Assembly (NCBI GenBank): GCA_003327425.1
Contig: QOQW01000028.1
Coordinates: forward strand, 8,703-72,702
Length of the DNA stretch: 64,000 bases
Direction of reading: 5' to 3'
From: Candidatus Ozemobacter sibiricus
Lineage (GTDB): Bacteria > Muiribacteriota > Ozemobacteria > Ozemobacterales > Ozemobacteraceae
The translations under genes and the position numbers were made by a program. Below are positions 26,737 to 35,686 of the stretch, piece after piece. The notes below the pieces were generated by a model. The model was not told the origin of the DNA. It ran no database searches and worked only from the letters and a program-made list of their open reading frames with translations. Numbering within the stretch: position 1 is the stretch's first letter; every line of letters starts with the position of its first letter.

Positions 26737-29733
26737 CTATTTCTTCGCGGTCCGGGCTTCCTTGATGGCGGCCAATACCTTCTCGGGGGTGAAGGGCGGC
26801 TGGGTCAGCCGCACGCCGATCGCGTCGTAGATGGCATTGGCGATGGCGGGCATCGGCCCATTGATGCAGATCTCGCTGACGCTCTTGGCGCCATACGGCC
26901 CGGTGGGCTCGTAGGTCGGCACCAGGAAGGTGACGATCTCGGGAAGATCGGCCGTGCTGAAGATCTTGTAGTGCTTGAAGTTCGGATTCAGCATGCGGCC
27001 CTTGTCGTCGAAGATGTACTCTTCGGTCAGGGCGAAACTGATGCCGTTGAGCAGGCCGCCCTGGGTCTGACCGTCAGCCAGTTGCGGGTTGATGGCGGTG
27101 CCGCAGTCGACGCCGGCGACATACTTCAGCACTTTGACCTGTCCGGTCTCGGTATCGACCTCGACCTCGGCGAAGTGCGCCGAGAACGGCGGCGGCGAGG
27201 CGTGGGTGACGTGGCTGCCGACCGCGGCGATCTGGAACTGGTGATACTCGTACATCGCGAAGGTGCAGATCTGGGCGAAGGTCAGCTTGTTCTTGCGGCC
27301 TTTGCCGTAGACCACCCGGTTCTCGATGGTGAGGTCGTCGACCGGTTCGTTGAGCATGCTGGCCGCCACGGCGAGGATCTGGGCCCGTACCTGGCGGGCC
27401 GCGTTGATGACCGCCCCGCCGGACAGGTAGGTGGTCGAACTGGCGTAGGCCCCGACATCGAAGGGCGTGAAATCGGTATCGGAGCTGTAGACGATGATGT
27501 CATCATGCTGGCAGCCGAGCGTCTCGGCGGCGATCTGGGCCAGGATGGTGTCGGAGCCGGTGCCGAGGTCGGTGGCGCCGAGCAGCATGTTGAACGAGCC
27601 GTCTTCGTTCATCTTGATGAAGACGGAACCCATGTCGATCTCGGGGATCGAGCTGCCTTGCATCAGGCAGCACATGCCGACGCCGCGTTTGCGGGGGCCG
27701 GGGGCATGGCGACCACGGCCGCGTTTCTCCGCCCAGCCGATTTCCTTCATGCCGCGCGTGATGCACTCGGCGAGCCCGCAGGACTTGATGACCATCGAGA
27801 CCCCTTCGCGACCCTCGCCGAGGGCTTTGAAGATGGGCGAGGTCTCGCCTTCCCGGATGTGGTTCATCTGGCGGAAGGCGACAGCATCCATGCCGATGGC
27901 CTCGGCCAGCTCGTCCATCATGCTCTCGACGGCGAAGGCGGCCTGGGTGGCGCCGTAGCCGCGGTAGGCGCCGGCGACGGGCAGGTTGGTGTAGACGGTA
28001 TCGCCGACGAACTCGATGGTCTTGATCTTGTACAAGGGCAGAACCTTCGAGCCGCAGTTGCTGACGACCGTCAAGGCATGGCTGCCGTAGGCGCCGGTGT
28101 TGCTGACGATCTTCATCGACAGGGCGGTGATGGTGCCGTCCTTCTTGGCGCCTGCCTTGATGGTGATGATCATGGGATGGCGGGTGCGCGCCGCCATGAA
28201 CTCCTCGGCGCGGGTCAGCTCCCATTTGGCGGGGCGGCGAGTGCGCAGGGTGACCAGGGCGCAGACGTCCTCGAGCAGCACCTCCTGCTTGGCGCCGAAG
28301 CCGCCACCGATGCGGGGCTTGATGACCCGGATCTTGCGCAGCGGGATGCCCAGCGTCTGCGCGGTGATGCGCCGCGCGTGGAACGGTACCTGGGTGCTGG
28401 ACCGCAGGACGAGCCGATCGTTCTCGTCGAGGTAGCTGACGCAGACATGGGGTTCGATCGGGCAATGCTGGGCGTAATGGGAGTAATAGGTGCGTTCCCT
28501 CACTACGTCGGCTTCCTGGAAGCCCATGGCGACGTCGCCGACCTTGGTCTCGACGTGGGCGCAATGGTTGTGCTTGGGATCGTAGAAGATCGGCAGCGGG
28601 GCTTTGCAGTCGGGCTCGTCGTGGATGATGGGAGCGCCGGGCCGCCGGGCCTGGGTCGGATCGAAGACGGGTTCCAGGACGTGGTAGTTGACCCGGATCT
28701 TGCGGCAGCCTTCGGCCGCGGCTTCGGGAGTCTCGGCCGCGACGATGGCCACCCGATCGCCGACGAAACGGACTTTGGAGTCGAGGAGGAAGGTGTCGTA
28801 CGGCGAGGGTTCGGGATAGCCCTGACCGGCCGTCGTATGGGCGACCCGCGGGACGTCCTTCCAGGTGTAGACCGCCACGACCCCGGGCACCTTGAGCGCC
28901 TCGGAGGTGTCGATGTCGAGAATGCGGGCATGGGCATGCGGGCTGCCCAGCACCTTGATGTGGAGCATGCCCGGCAGGTCGATATCGGCGGTGAATTTCG
29001 GGGCGCCGGTGACCAGGCTCATGCCATCGAGCTTGTACCGACTGTGATTGACGACATGGAAATGGTCGGGGCGCTCATAGGTCAGCGGATACTGCGGGAT
29101 GGGGCTGGGTTCCCGCACTTTCTCGACGACCTTCTCGACGATTTTCTCGACCACCTTCTCGACCACCTTGGGGGCGGCGGTCGGAGTTGACGGCTGGCTG
29201 GTCTGCTGAGCCCGAGTCTGAGGGGCCGGGGTGACCTTGGCCGGAGTCTTCTTGCGCACGGGCTTGGCCGGCGTTTTGGCGACAAACGGGGTCGTCGCTT
29301 TCGGGGCTTCCCCTTTGGCGCTGGCTGCCTTTTTGGCTACCGCTTTGGTTGTCGCCTGGGCGGCTGTTTTGACGGTCGCTTTGTCGGGAACCTGGCTCGG
29401 GGTTTTTCCCGAGACCTTCTTGCCGCGAGGTTGGGCGGGCGTCTGGCGGGTGGCGGCCTTGGCGGGAGCTTTGTCCGCGGGCTTGACCGCCGCCTGGACC
29501 TTGGATTTGACCGGTGCCTTGGCGCCTGAGGGGGCGGGCGGTTGGTGCGGGGCGTTGGCAGGTGCTCGGCCCGCGGACCTGGCGGGAGGCTTGGCCGGGG
29601 CTTGGGCAGATGCCTTGGGCGAGTGGGTGGCCGACGTTTTGCGAAGGGAGGCCGGCCTGGCAGGGGTGGCGGACGTGCCGCCCTGGGCTGGCCTGGCCGG
29701 GGCCTTCTTCCTGCTCTTCTCCGTGGTGGGCAT
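26737..29733 (-). CDS. Xanthine dehydrogenase / aldehyde oxidase family molybdopterin-binding large subunit (CoxL/XdhA-like) with a ~210-aa Lys/Ala/Pro/Thr-rich N-terminal extension
   Basis: Catalytic part begins ...HSRYKLDGMSLVTGAPKFTADIDLPGMLHIKVLGSPHAHARILDID and runs about 780 aa with aldehyde-oxidase/XDH a/b-hammerhead and MoCo-binding architecture. The ATG overlaps the stop of the upstream H1-like gene (TAATG). The CoxL-specific VAYRCSFR motif was not seen, so the substrate is unknown. Confidence 0.8.
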   Translation of the reverse strand: MPTTEKSRKKAPARPAQGGTSATPARPASLRKTSATHSPKASAQAPAKPPARSAGRAPANAPHQPPAPSGAKAPVKSKVQAAVKPADKAPAKAATRQTPAQPRGKKVSGKTPSQVPDKATVKTAAQATTKAVAKKAASAKGEAPKATTPFVAKTPAKPVRKKTPAKVTPAPQTRAQQTSQPSTPTAAPKVVEKVVEKIVEKVVEKVREPSPIPQYPLTYERPDHFHVVNHSRYKLDGMSLVTGAPKFTADIDLPGMLHIKVLGSPHAHARILDIDTSEALKVPGVVAVYTWKDVPRVAHTTAGQGYPEPSPYDTFLLDSKVRFVGDRVAIVAAETPEAAAEGCRKIRVNYHVLEPVFDPTQARRPGAPIIHDEPDCKAPLPIFYDPKHNHCAHVETKVGDVAMGFQEADVVRERTYYSHYAQHCPIEPHVCVSYLDENDRLVLRSSTQVPFHARRITAQTLGIPLRKIRVIKPRIGGGFGAKQEVLLEDVCALVTLRTRRPAKWELTRAEEFMAARTRHPMIITIKAGAKKDGTITALSMKIVSNTGAYGSHALTVVSNCGSKVLPLYKIKTIEFVGDTVYTNLPVAGAYRGYGATQAAFAVESMMDELAEAIGMDAVAFRQMNHIREGETSPIFKALGEGREGVSMVIKSCGLAECITRGMKEIGWAEKRGRGRHAPGPRKRGVGMCCLMQGSSIPEIDMGSVFIKMNEDGSFNMLLGATDLGTGSDTILAQIAAETLGCQHDDIIVYSSDTDFTPFDVGAYASSTTYLSGGAVINAARQVRAQILAVAASMLNEPVDDLTIENRVVYGKGRKNKLTFAQICTFAMYEYHQFQIAAVGSHVTHASPPPFSAHFAEVEVDTETGQVKVLKYVAGVDCGTAINPQLADGQTQGGLLNGISFALTEEYIFDDKGRMLNPNFKHYKIFSTADLPEIVTFLVPTYEPTGPYGAKSVSEICINGPMPAIANAIYDAIGVRLTQPPFTPEKVLAAIKEARTAKK

Positions 29734-30056
29734 TACTTCTTCGCCTTCGTTGCGATGGTCTTGGCGGGGGCCTTCTTGGCGGGGGCGGCTTTCTTGGCGG
29801 TCGTCGCCTTCTTGGCGGTCGTCGCCTTCTTGACCGGTGCCGTCTTCTTGGCCGGCGCCGCCTTCTTGGCGACCGCGGCCTTCTTGACCGGAGCCACCTT
29901 CTTGGCGGGGGCGGCTTTCTTGGCCGGGGCGACCTTCTTGGCTAGGGTGGCCTTCTTGGCCGGGGCGGCTTTCTTGGCGGTGGTCTTCTTGGCCGGCGCG
30001 GTCTTTTCGGCAGGGACGGCCTTCTTGGCAGGAGCTTTCTTGGCAACGCTAGGCAT
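29733..30056 (-). CDS. Histone H1-like / AlgP-like lysine-alanine-proline repeat protein (107 aa)
   Basis: Minus-strand ORF MPSVAKKAPAKKAVPAEKTAPAKKTTAKKAAPAKK...TIATKAKK with RBS GAAGGGA. Periodic ...CTTCTTGGC... DNA repeats. Absent from the ORF track as a separate gene (it is the C-terminal third of a longer spurious 227-aa ORF). Confidence 0.6.
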   Translation of the reverse strand: MPSVAKKAPAKKAVPAEKTAPAKKTTAKKAAPAKKATLAKKVAPAKKAAPAKKVAPVKKAAVAKKAAPAKKTAPVKKATTAKKATTAKKAAPAKKAPAKTIATKAKK

Positions 30057-30079
30057 GGTCGGTGGTTCCCTTCTTTCGG

Positions 30080-30541
30080 TTATTTTTTTCCCAACGAGGC
30101 GGCGTCGAGGACCGCTTCGATGCGTTTCACATAGCCGGTGCAGCGGCAGAGATTGCCATCGAGGGCTTCTTTGACATCTTCGACGGTGGGGGAGGGGTTG
30201 CGGTCGAGAAGCGCCTTGGCAGCGATGAGCGAACCGGGATTGCAATACCCGCATTGGGTGGCCCCATGCTTGATGAAGGCCTCCTGCAGGGGATGCGGAT
30301 GCTCGGGGGTGCCCATGCCTTCGACGGTGAGGATGTCGGCTCCTTCGCATTGCGCCGCAAACACGAGGCACGAGTTGCGCGGGCGGCCATTGATGAGGAC
30401 GGCGCAGGCGCCGCAACTGCCTTCGCCGCAGCCTTTCTTGACGCTTTTGCAGCCGGCGGCGCGCAGGACGTCGAGCAGGAGGGCATTGGGCGCGATCTCG
30501 AGGGTGCGGGCTTTCCCGTTGATGGTCAGGTGCAGTTTCAT
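30080..30541 (-). CDS. (2Fe-2S)-binding small subunit of the XDH/CO-dehydrogenase family (CoxS/XdhC-like)
   Basis: GGAGGT RBS before ATG 30541 (MKLHLTINGK...). Plant-type ferredoxin cluster CGEGSCGACAV plus second cluster motif CGYCNPG...CRCTGY. Confidence 0.85.
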   Translation of the reverse strand: MKLHLTINGKARTLEIAPNALLLDVLRAAGCKSVKKGCGEGSCGACAVLINGRPRNSCLVFAAQCEGADILTVEGMGTPEHPHPLQEAFIKHGATQCGYCNPGSLIAAKALLDRNPSPTVEDVKEALDGNLCRCTGYVKRIEAVLDAASLGKK

Positions 30542-30551
30542 GGGACCTCCC

Positions 30552-31409
30552 TTACGCGGCGATCTGGCGCAGAGCATCCTCGATGCCGCGCCGGATCAGC
30601 ACAGGCAGGATCTCGGACCGGTATTCCTTGCTGGCCCGGAAATCATTGGTCAGATCGAGGTTCTGGGCGGCACGGGCGGCGGCGTTGGCCAGCCGCTCGG
30701 GGGTCGGGGTCTGCCCTTTCAGCAAGGCCTCGGCTTCGGGGCGGCGGACCGGTTTCTTGGTGCAGCCGCTGAGGGCGATGCGGACGTCGCGGATCAGCCC
30801 CTGCAGGACGGTGATGCGGATGGCCACTGTGATCAGGCTGTAGTCGTTGGCGGTCTTGGCGAATTTGGTGAAGCTGGTGCCGGTCGTGGCGCCGTAGGCG
30901 GGCACGTGGATCTCGGTAACCAGTTCGGATTTATCGAGGAATTCGCGCGGGGTCTTCTCGAGCAACGTCGCCACGGGAACGGTGCGTTTGGGGATCCCTT
31001 TGCGGATCTGGACCTCGGCGTCGAGGGCGAGCAGGGCTGGGGGGAGATCAGACCAGGGGAAGACGCTGACCAGATTGCCGCCGGCCGTGATCGAGTGCCG
31101 CAGGAGGGTGGAGCCGATCCGCCCCGCGGCCGCTTTCAGCAAATGGCCAGTGGCGCCTTTGAGCAGCTTCGATTTGAAGATGTCCTGGACGGGGGTCATG
31201 GCGCCGATGGCGTAGCCTTCACTGGTTTCCCTGATGAAATTGAGATCGAGACCGGACAGGTCGACCAGGCCCTGGATCGTGGTGTCGGACGATTCCGCCA
31301 GATAGGTGCCGCCCGCCAGGGCGATGTTCTTGCAGTCCGGAGCGGCCAGCAGGGCGCAAGCCTCCTCGATGGTCGAGGGGCGATGGACATGGGTCAGATT
31401 CTTCAGCAT
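30552..31409 (-). CDS. FAD-binding subunit of the XDH/CO-dehydrogenase family (CoxM/XdhB-like)
   Basis: FAD_binding_5 motifs (IALAGGTYL, AIGAMT) and a CO-dehydrogenase-flavoprotein C-terminal domain. 285 aa. Confidence 0.85.
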   Translation of the reverse strand: MLKNLTHVHRPSTIEEACALLAAPDCKNIALAGGTYLAESSDTTIQGLVDLSGLDLNFIRETSEGYAIGAMTPVQDIFKSKLLKGATGHLLKAAAGRIGSTLLRHSITAGGNLVSVFPWSDLPPALLALDAEVQIRKGIPKRTVPVATLLEKTPREFLDKSELVTEIHVPAYGATTGTSFTKFAKTANDYSLITVAIRITVLQGLIRDVRIALSGCTKKPVRRPEAEALLKGQTPTPERLANAAARAAQNLDLTNDFRASKEYRSEILPVLIRRGIEDALRQIAA

Positions 31410-31456
31410 TTCTCCCCCTTCTGGTCTGGCAAGAGTTCAGGAGATATAGTGGCATC

Positions 31457-31486
31457 AGTATAAGCATGTCGGTTTCGAATTGCCAA
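31457..31486 (-). promoter_or_regulatory. Candidate sigma70 promoter of the XDH-family operon
   Basis: Minus strand has TTGGCA, a 17-18 nt spacer, then TATACT, about 45 nt upstream of ATG 31409 (RBS GGGGGAGAA). Confidence 0.4.
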
Positions 31487-31649
31487 CCCATGAGTGAAGA
31501 ATTTTTCGCCGGAGGGGGCTTTGACATCCGAGGTGCCATCGGAGTACAACCTGGGCGGCAATCCGCAATCCGGCGGTCCAGGGCTCCGTTGCCCGAAACG
31601 GACGACCCGGATCGTACCATCTCATCTTACCTTTTTGGAGAATCGACGC

Positions 31650-33461
31650 ATGTCTCGCTGTCTTTCCATCATCCGTTCGGGAATCCTGCTGCTGGTCTTG
31701 ACGATGGCCACGACGGCCGAGGCTCGCAACCTCCTCGGCGATCTGTTGAACGCCTATTCCAAGTACCAGGAAGTGAACATGCTGCTGTGGTTGAGCGGCG
31801 ACGTCAAAGCCGAGAAACGGTTCGGCCAGGAGGTGAAGTGGTTCCTCAACCTGACCAACAAGAAGGTGAAGGATCCCGAAACCCTGCGCTGGGTCAACAC
31901 CATCTTCGATCGGATCAAGCCCCACTTCCGGGACCGCGGCTTCGATTATGACATCACCGTCTATGAAGGCAATACCGTCAATGCCTTCGCCATTCCCGGC
32001 GGCAACATCTTCATCTACAAAGGCATGCTCGATTTCGTCGGCTCGGATGACGAACTGGCGGCCGTCCTCGCCCATGAACTGGCCCACGCCGAACGGCGGC
32101 ATTCCCTCAAGCATTTCCGGCAGAGTGTCGCGTTCCAGCTTCTTCTGCAGAAGGCCGTCAAGAACAAACGCGACCGTGAGACCTGGGGGGCCCTGGTGGG
32201 GGCGCTGACCATGCTGAAGTTCTCGCGGGAAGATGAGGTCGAAGCCGATGACCTGGGGCAGGCGAAACTGTTCGCCGCCGGGTTCAATCCGGCCGCCCAG
32301 GTCGTCCTGTGGGAGAAGTTCGTGGCGAAGTTCGGCAAGGGCGACAAAGGCCTGATGCAGTATCTGAGCACCCATCCGCCCTCCCAGGATCGCGTGGAGT
32401 TTGCCCGGAAGAACCTCGCCAAGTTCCAGGTGCCTGAGACCCGTGACTTCAATCTGTCCTTCAATCTGCTGTCGGATGTGCAGGACAACCTTCTGCAGAA
32501 CGGCAGCTTCGAGACCGATCTGATCGCCCGCGGGCAGCCTGACGCCTGGACGGTCAAAGAAGGAAAGGCCTTCCTGGCCGAGGGAGGGGCCATGACGGGG
32601 CGACGCTCGCTGCAGGTGGTGACCGAATCCGGCCTCCGTCCGGCGCGCGTGGTCTCCGAGTTCATCGCGGTCAAACCAGACAGCCGGTTGACCTTCACCG
32701 GGGCGGTTCGAGGAGAGGGCGATGGCCAGCGGGTCAGTATCGGGGCCGAACTCTACGATGCGAAGAAGCGTCTGCGCGGGTTCATTTGGCCGATTCTGGC
32801 CAACCAGCCGGTGACCTCTGCCTGGACGAAAGTACAAGGCGCCATCGAGGGTGGGCCGACGCCCGACCGGCATCTGCAGAAAGACACGGCCTTCATCCGG
32901 CTGATTCTGCAGCAGGGGCCGATGTCGAAAGGCAGCGTCTGGTTCGACGATCTGCTGCTGCAGCGGGCCGGCGTCTCCCGGCCCACCAATCTGGTGGCCG
33001 GCGGCGATTTCGAGTATGCCGGTCCGGGCGGGCTGCCCGAGGGGCTGACCGGCACGCCCGGGGCGCTGGCGCGGGACATCCAGCGGTTCAAGACCGGGTA
33101 TGCCTCGTTGCGGCTGGCCAACGCCGGGAGCGGCGAAACCGAGGTGGAATTCCCGCCCATCCCCCTGAATTCGCTCAAGGAAGGGCAGGAGTTGCAGGGC
33201 ACCTTCCATTTCTGCGGCTCAGCCGAGATCAAGGGCCGCTGTCTGCTCGAGTTCCTCGATGAGGCCGGCAATCCGTTGAGTCGCCGCCTCATCGACAAGG
33301 AGTTCACCGCCAAGCCCGACCTGTGGCAGGCCACGGGATTCCGCGCCCGGGTGCGGTTCGAGGGTCAGGAGAAGGCGGTGGCACGCTCGGTGGGGCTGCG
33401 ATTCGTGGCGCAGATTCCCGCCGGGGCGCATCTCTGGCTCGACGGGGTCATCCTGCGCTGA
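31650..33461 (+). CDS. Secreted M48-family zinc metallopeptidase (HEXXH) fused to C-terminal carbohydrate-binding-module-like (CBM4/9-type) beta-sandwich domains
   Basis: RBS GGAGAA before ATG 31650. Signal peptide. Zinc-binding site HELAHAERRH. Downstream Glu (DEVEADDLG) typical of peptidase M48. The C-terminal 300 aa resemble galactose-binding-like beta-sandwich domains. Confidence 0.75.
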   Translation: MSRCLSIIRSGILLLVLTMATTAEARNLLGDLLNAYSKYQEVNMLLWLSGDVKAEKRFGQEVKWFLNLTNKKVKDPETLRWVNTIFDRIKPHFRDRGFDYDITVYEGNTVNAFAIPGGNIFIYKGMLDFVGSDDELAAVLAHELAHAERRHSLKHFRQSVAFQLLLQKAVKNKRDRETWGALVGALTMLKFSREDEVEADDLGQAKLFAAGFNPAAQVVLWEKFVAKFGKGDKGLMQYLSTHPPSQDRVEFARKNLAKFQVPETRDFNLSFNLLSDVQDNLLQNGSFETDLIARGQPDAWTVKEGKAFLAEGGAMTGRRSLQVVTESGLRPARVVSEFIAVKPDSRLTFTGAVRGEGDGQRVSIGAELYDAKKRLRGFIWPILANQPVTSAWTKVQGAIEGGPTPDRHLQKDTAFIRLILQQGPMSKGSVWFDDLLLQRAGVSRPTNLVAGGDFEYAGPGGLPEGLTGTPGALARDIQRFKTGYASLRLANAGSGETEVEFPPIPLNSLKEGQELQGTFHFCGSAEIKGRCLLEFLDEAGNPLSRRLIDKEFTAKPDLWQATGFRARVRFEGQEKAVARSVGLRFVAQIPAGAHLWLDGVILR

Positions 33462-33662
33462 TCCTTCGCCTGTCCTCGCGAGTGAGCGGGAAGGGCAGGC
33501 TCACCGCTGACTCGGCAAGGGGATCAGGAGGGGGCCGTGCCTCCCCTCCCGGGAAGCCTCGCCAGGGGCCTGTGGCCCCTGGACCCCCGGTGGACGGCTG
33601 GCCGCATATGTCACGTTCGGCCGCCGGCCGGGGCGAGAGCGAGGAGCGACCGTCGCACTGGC

Positions 33663-34301
33663 TCAGGGCTGTCCTGTCGGTGAGGCGGGATCGCTGGCGG
33701 TCGCTTCGAGGGCTGGCGAGGCGGGGGTGGCTGGCGCGGTCGGCTCGGAGGCCGGCGCCGTTGATGGCTCGCCAGCGGTGGGGGCCGCCGGGGTGGTCGG
33801 TCCGGGCGGCGGCTGGGTGCGCAGCAGTTCATCGAGGTCGGCCTCGAAGACCGCCTGCTCGGTGAATCCGACGTGCTTCTTGACGATGGTGTGATTCCGA
33901 TCGAGCAGGAAGGTGGTGGGGATGGCCTGGACGTTGCCATAGGCCATCTGCACCTCTTTGGTGGCCATCAGGATCGGATAATTGATCTTGTTCTCCTCCA
34001 CGAACCGGCGCAGCTTGCCGGCTTCTTTGTCGAGCGAGAGGCCGAGGACGACGACGCCTTTGTCCTTGTACTTATTGGTGATGTCGATGAAGCCAGGAAT
34101 TTCAGCCCGGCATGGCGGACAGAGGATGGCCCAGAAATCGAGCAGCACGATCTGTCCTTTGTACTGGTCGAGGGAAACGGTCTTGCCATCAGGGGTTGGC
34201 AGCGTGAAGGTCGGCGCTTGACCGGTCTGGGCGAAAAGCATCGGCGTGCCGAGGCAGAACAGGGCGGCCAGGAACAGGAGAATGGACGGGGGGCGTTTCA
34301 T
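33663..34301 (-). CDS. Periplasmic TlpA/ResA-like thioredoxin-fold thiol:disulfide oxidoreductase
   Basis: Signal peptide. Active site WAILCPPCR (CxxC). AhpC/TSA-redoxin-like fold. Pro/Thr/Ala-rich C-terminal tail. Confidence 0.8.
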   Translation of the reverse strand: MKRPPSILLFLAALFCLGTPMLFAQTGQAPTFTLPTPDGKTVSLDQYKGQIVLLDFWAILCPPCRAEIPGFIDITNKYKDKGVVVLGLSLDKEAGKLRRFVEENKINYPILMATKEVQMAYGNVQAIPTTFLLDRNHTIVKKHVGFTEQAVFEADLDELLRTQPPPGPTTPAAPTAGEPSTAPASEPTAPATPASPALEATASDPASPTGQP

Positions 34302-34350
34302 GGTTCAACCTCCAGAGTGCATTGGCCCCGGTGGCAGGGGCCGCCACGGA

Positions 34351-35310
34351 TCAACGGGATGGGGGAGCGCCAGCGCCGGCCGACTCGGTCGGGGCAGGGG
34401 CCGAGGTGGGGGCGGGCAGGAACGGTGCTTCGACCTTGATCAGATGGAGCGGACACGCCTGCGCGCACGCCAGGCACCGCACGCAGTCAGGGGCATCGAG
34501 GCCGTCGACGGGATCGAGCCCGGCGACGCAGACCTGGCGACAGGCGCCGCACCTCACGCAGCGGTCGGCGTCCAGGGTGAGGCGTAGAAGACTGATCCGG
34601 TTGAAGGGGGCGAGGAAGGCGCCGATCGGGCATGCCCAGCTGCAGAAGGGGCGGGCGATGAACGGCATGGCCAGCAGGAACAGCGCGAGCAGGGCGAGTT
34701 TCCAGGCGAAGAGATGCCCCAGCAGACGACGCAGGTCGGGGTTGAGGGCCGGCAGCAGGAGGCCGCCCTGGAGCGTGCCGGCCGGGCAGACATATTTGCA
34801 GTAGGCCGGTTCGCTGAACCCGGAGGAGTCGACCCAGAACAGGGGCATCAGCACCACCAGCACCACCAGGAACAGATATTTGCCCAGGCGCAGCGCTCGG
34901 GGCGCCCGGAATTTGGGAAACGGCAGGCGGTGCAGGAGGTCCTGGAGGAGGCCGAACGGGCAGAGCCAGCCGCAGGTGGCCCGGCCGAACAGGGCGCCCA
35001 CGGCGGTCATCAGACCGATGACGAACAGGGGAGTGCCGGTCAGAACGTTCCAGACCTTCTCGCGGAGGGGAACGGCCGCGGCGGCCTCGCCGGTGGCGCC
35101 GGCATTCTCGCCGGTGCCGCCGCTCGACAGAATGACCTGGGCCGCCCCGACGGGACAGGAGAAGAGGGCGCCCGGGCAGCTGTAGCAGTTGAGCGTGGGC
35201 ACGCAGGCGCGTTTCAGGGAGCCATCGTAGATCTTTCCGGTGATGAATCCCTTGAGATGGGCGTTGGTCAGGAACGTGGCGATGGCCTGGACCAGAAGAC
35301 GCAGGTTCAT
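34351..35310 (-). CDS. NapH/MauN-family membrane polyferredoxin (4Fe-4S binding protein)
   Basis: Four CxxCPxG motifs (CYSCPG, CGWLCPFG, CKYVCPAG, CSWACPIG) between TM helices. C-terminal 2x[4Fe-4S] motifs CVRCGACRQVC and CVRCLACAQACP. Start at internal ATG 35310, which overlaps the stop of the small upstream ORF. Confidence 0.75.
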   Translation of the reverse strand: MNLRLLVQAIATFLTNAHLKGFITGKIYDGSLKRACVPTLNCYSCPGALFSCPVGAAQVILSSGGTGENAGATGEAAAAVPLREKVWNVLTGTPLFVIGLMTAVGALFGRATCGWLCPFGLLQDLLHRLPFPKFRAPRALRLGKYLFLVVLVVLMPLFWVDSSGFSEPAYCKYVCPAGTLQGGLLLPALNPDLRRLLGHLFAWKLALLALFLLAMPFIARPFCSWACPIGAFLAPFNRISLLRLTLDADRCVRCGACRQVCVAGLDPVDGLDAPDCVRCLACAQACPLHLIKVEAPFLPAPTSAPAPTESAGAGAPPSR

Positions 35311-35480
35311 CCGATGCCGATGCACTGCAGGCAGACCTGGGTGGCTTTGTCGAGGATGCGGGCGGTCTCGCCGAACCAGATGCCGAGCCCCATCAAGGCC
35401 AGGCCGAGGACGAACAGGCCCCAGGCCAGGCGAGAGCCGGCGGTGGGCCGGATGACGACCGGGAGAGGCGTTGGTTCCAT
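35307..35480 (-). CDS. Small (57 aa) single-TM protein with C-terminal CxxC (VCLQCIGIG); unannotated
   Basis: MEPTPLPVVIRPTAGSRLAWGLFVLGLALMGLGIWFGETARILDKATQVCLQCIGIG. Its TGA overlaps the ATG of the polyferredoxin gene (ATGA), indicating translational coupling. Below the ORF-track size cutoff. Confidence 0.45.
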   Translation of the reverse strand: MEPTPLPVVIRPTAGSRLAWGLFVLGLALMGLGIWFGETARILDKATQVCLQCIGIG

Positions 35481-35686
35481 AGGCGGCCATGATACCCCAA
35501 GCGGGTGGGGGTTTCAACCGGTCGAACGCGTGAAGGGGCCTTGCGCAGCTCCGAAAAAGAAGATGGCGTGCCGAAACGAGGGTGGGGGGTCAACCGACGG
35601 GGGCCGGGCGCCGATAGAGAACGATAGGGCCCCCGATCAGACATCGGGCGGACCCTCGGAATCGACCAGGCAAGGAGGGCCACTCC

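Noticed and set aside
25699-29190. 1163-aa plus-strand ORF
   Set aside because: Antisense of the XDH-family large-subunit gene and the TPR/HEAT gene. Composition is G/R/A/D-rich with no domain-like sequence.
29740-30056. Possible CRISPR-like or satellite array (periodic CTTCTTGGC)
   Set aside because: Repeat and spacer lengths are irregular. The array is in frame with a Lys/Ala/Pro-repeat protein and continues into the next ORF. No cas genes are present.
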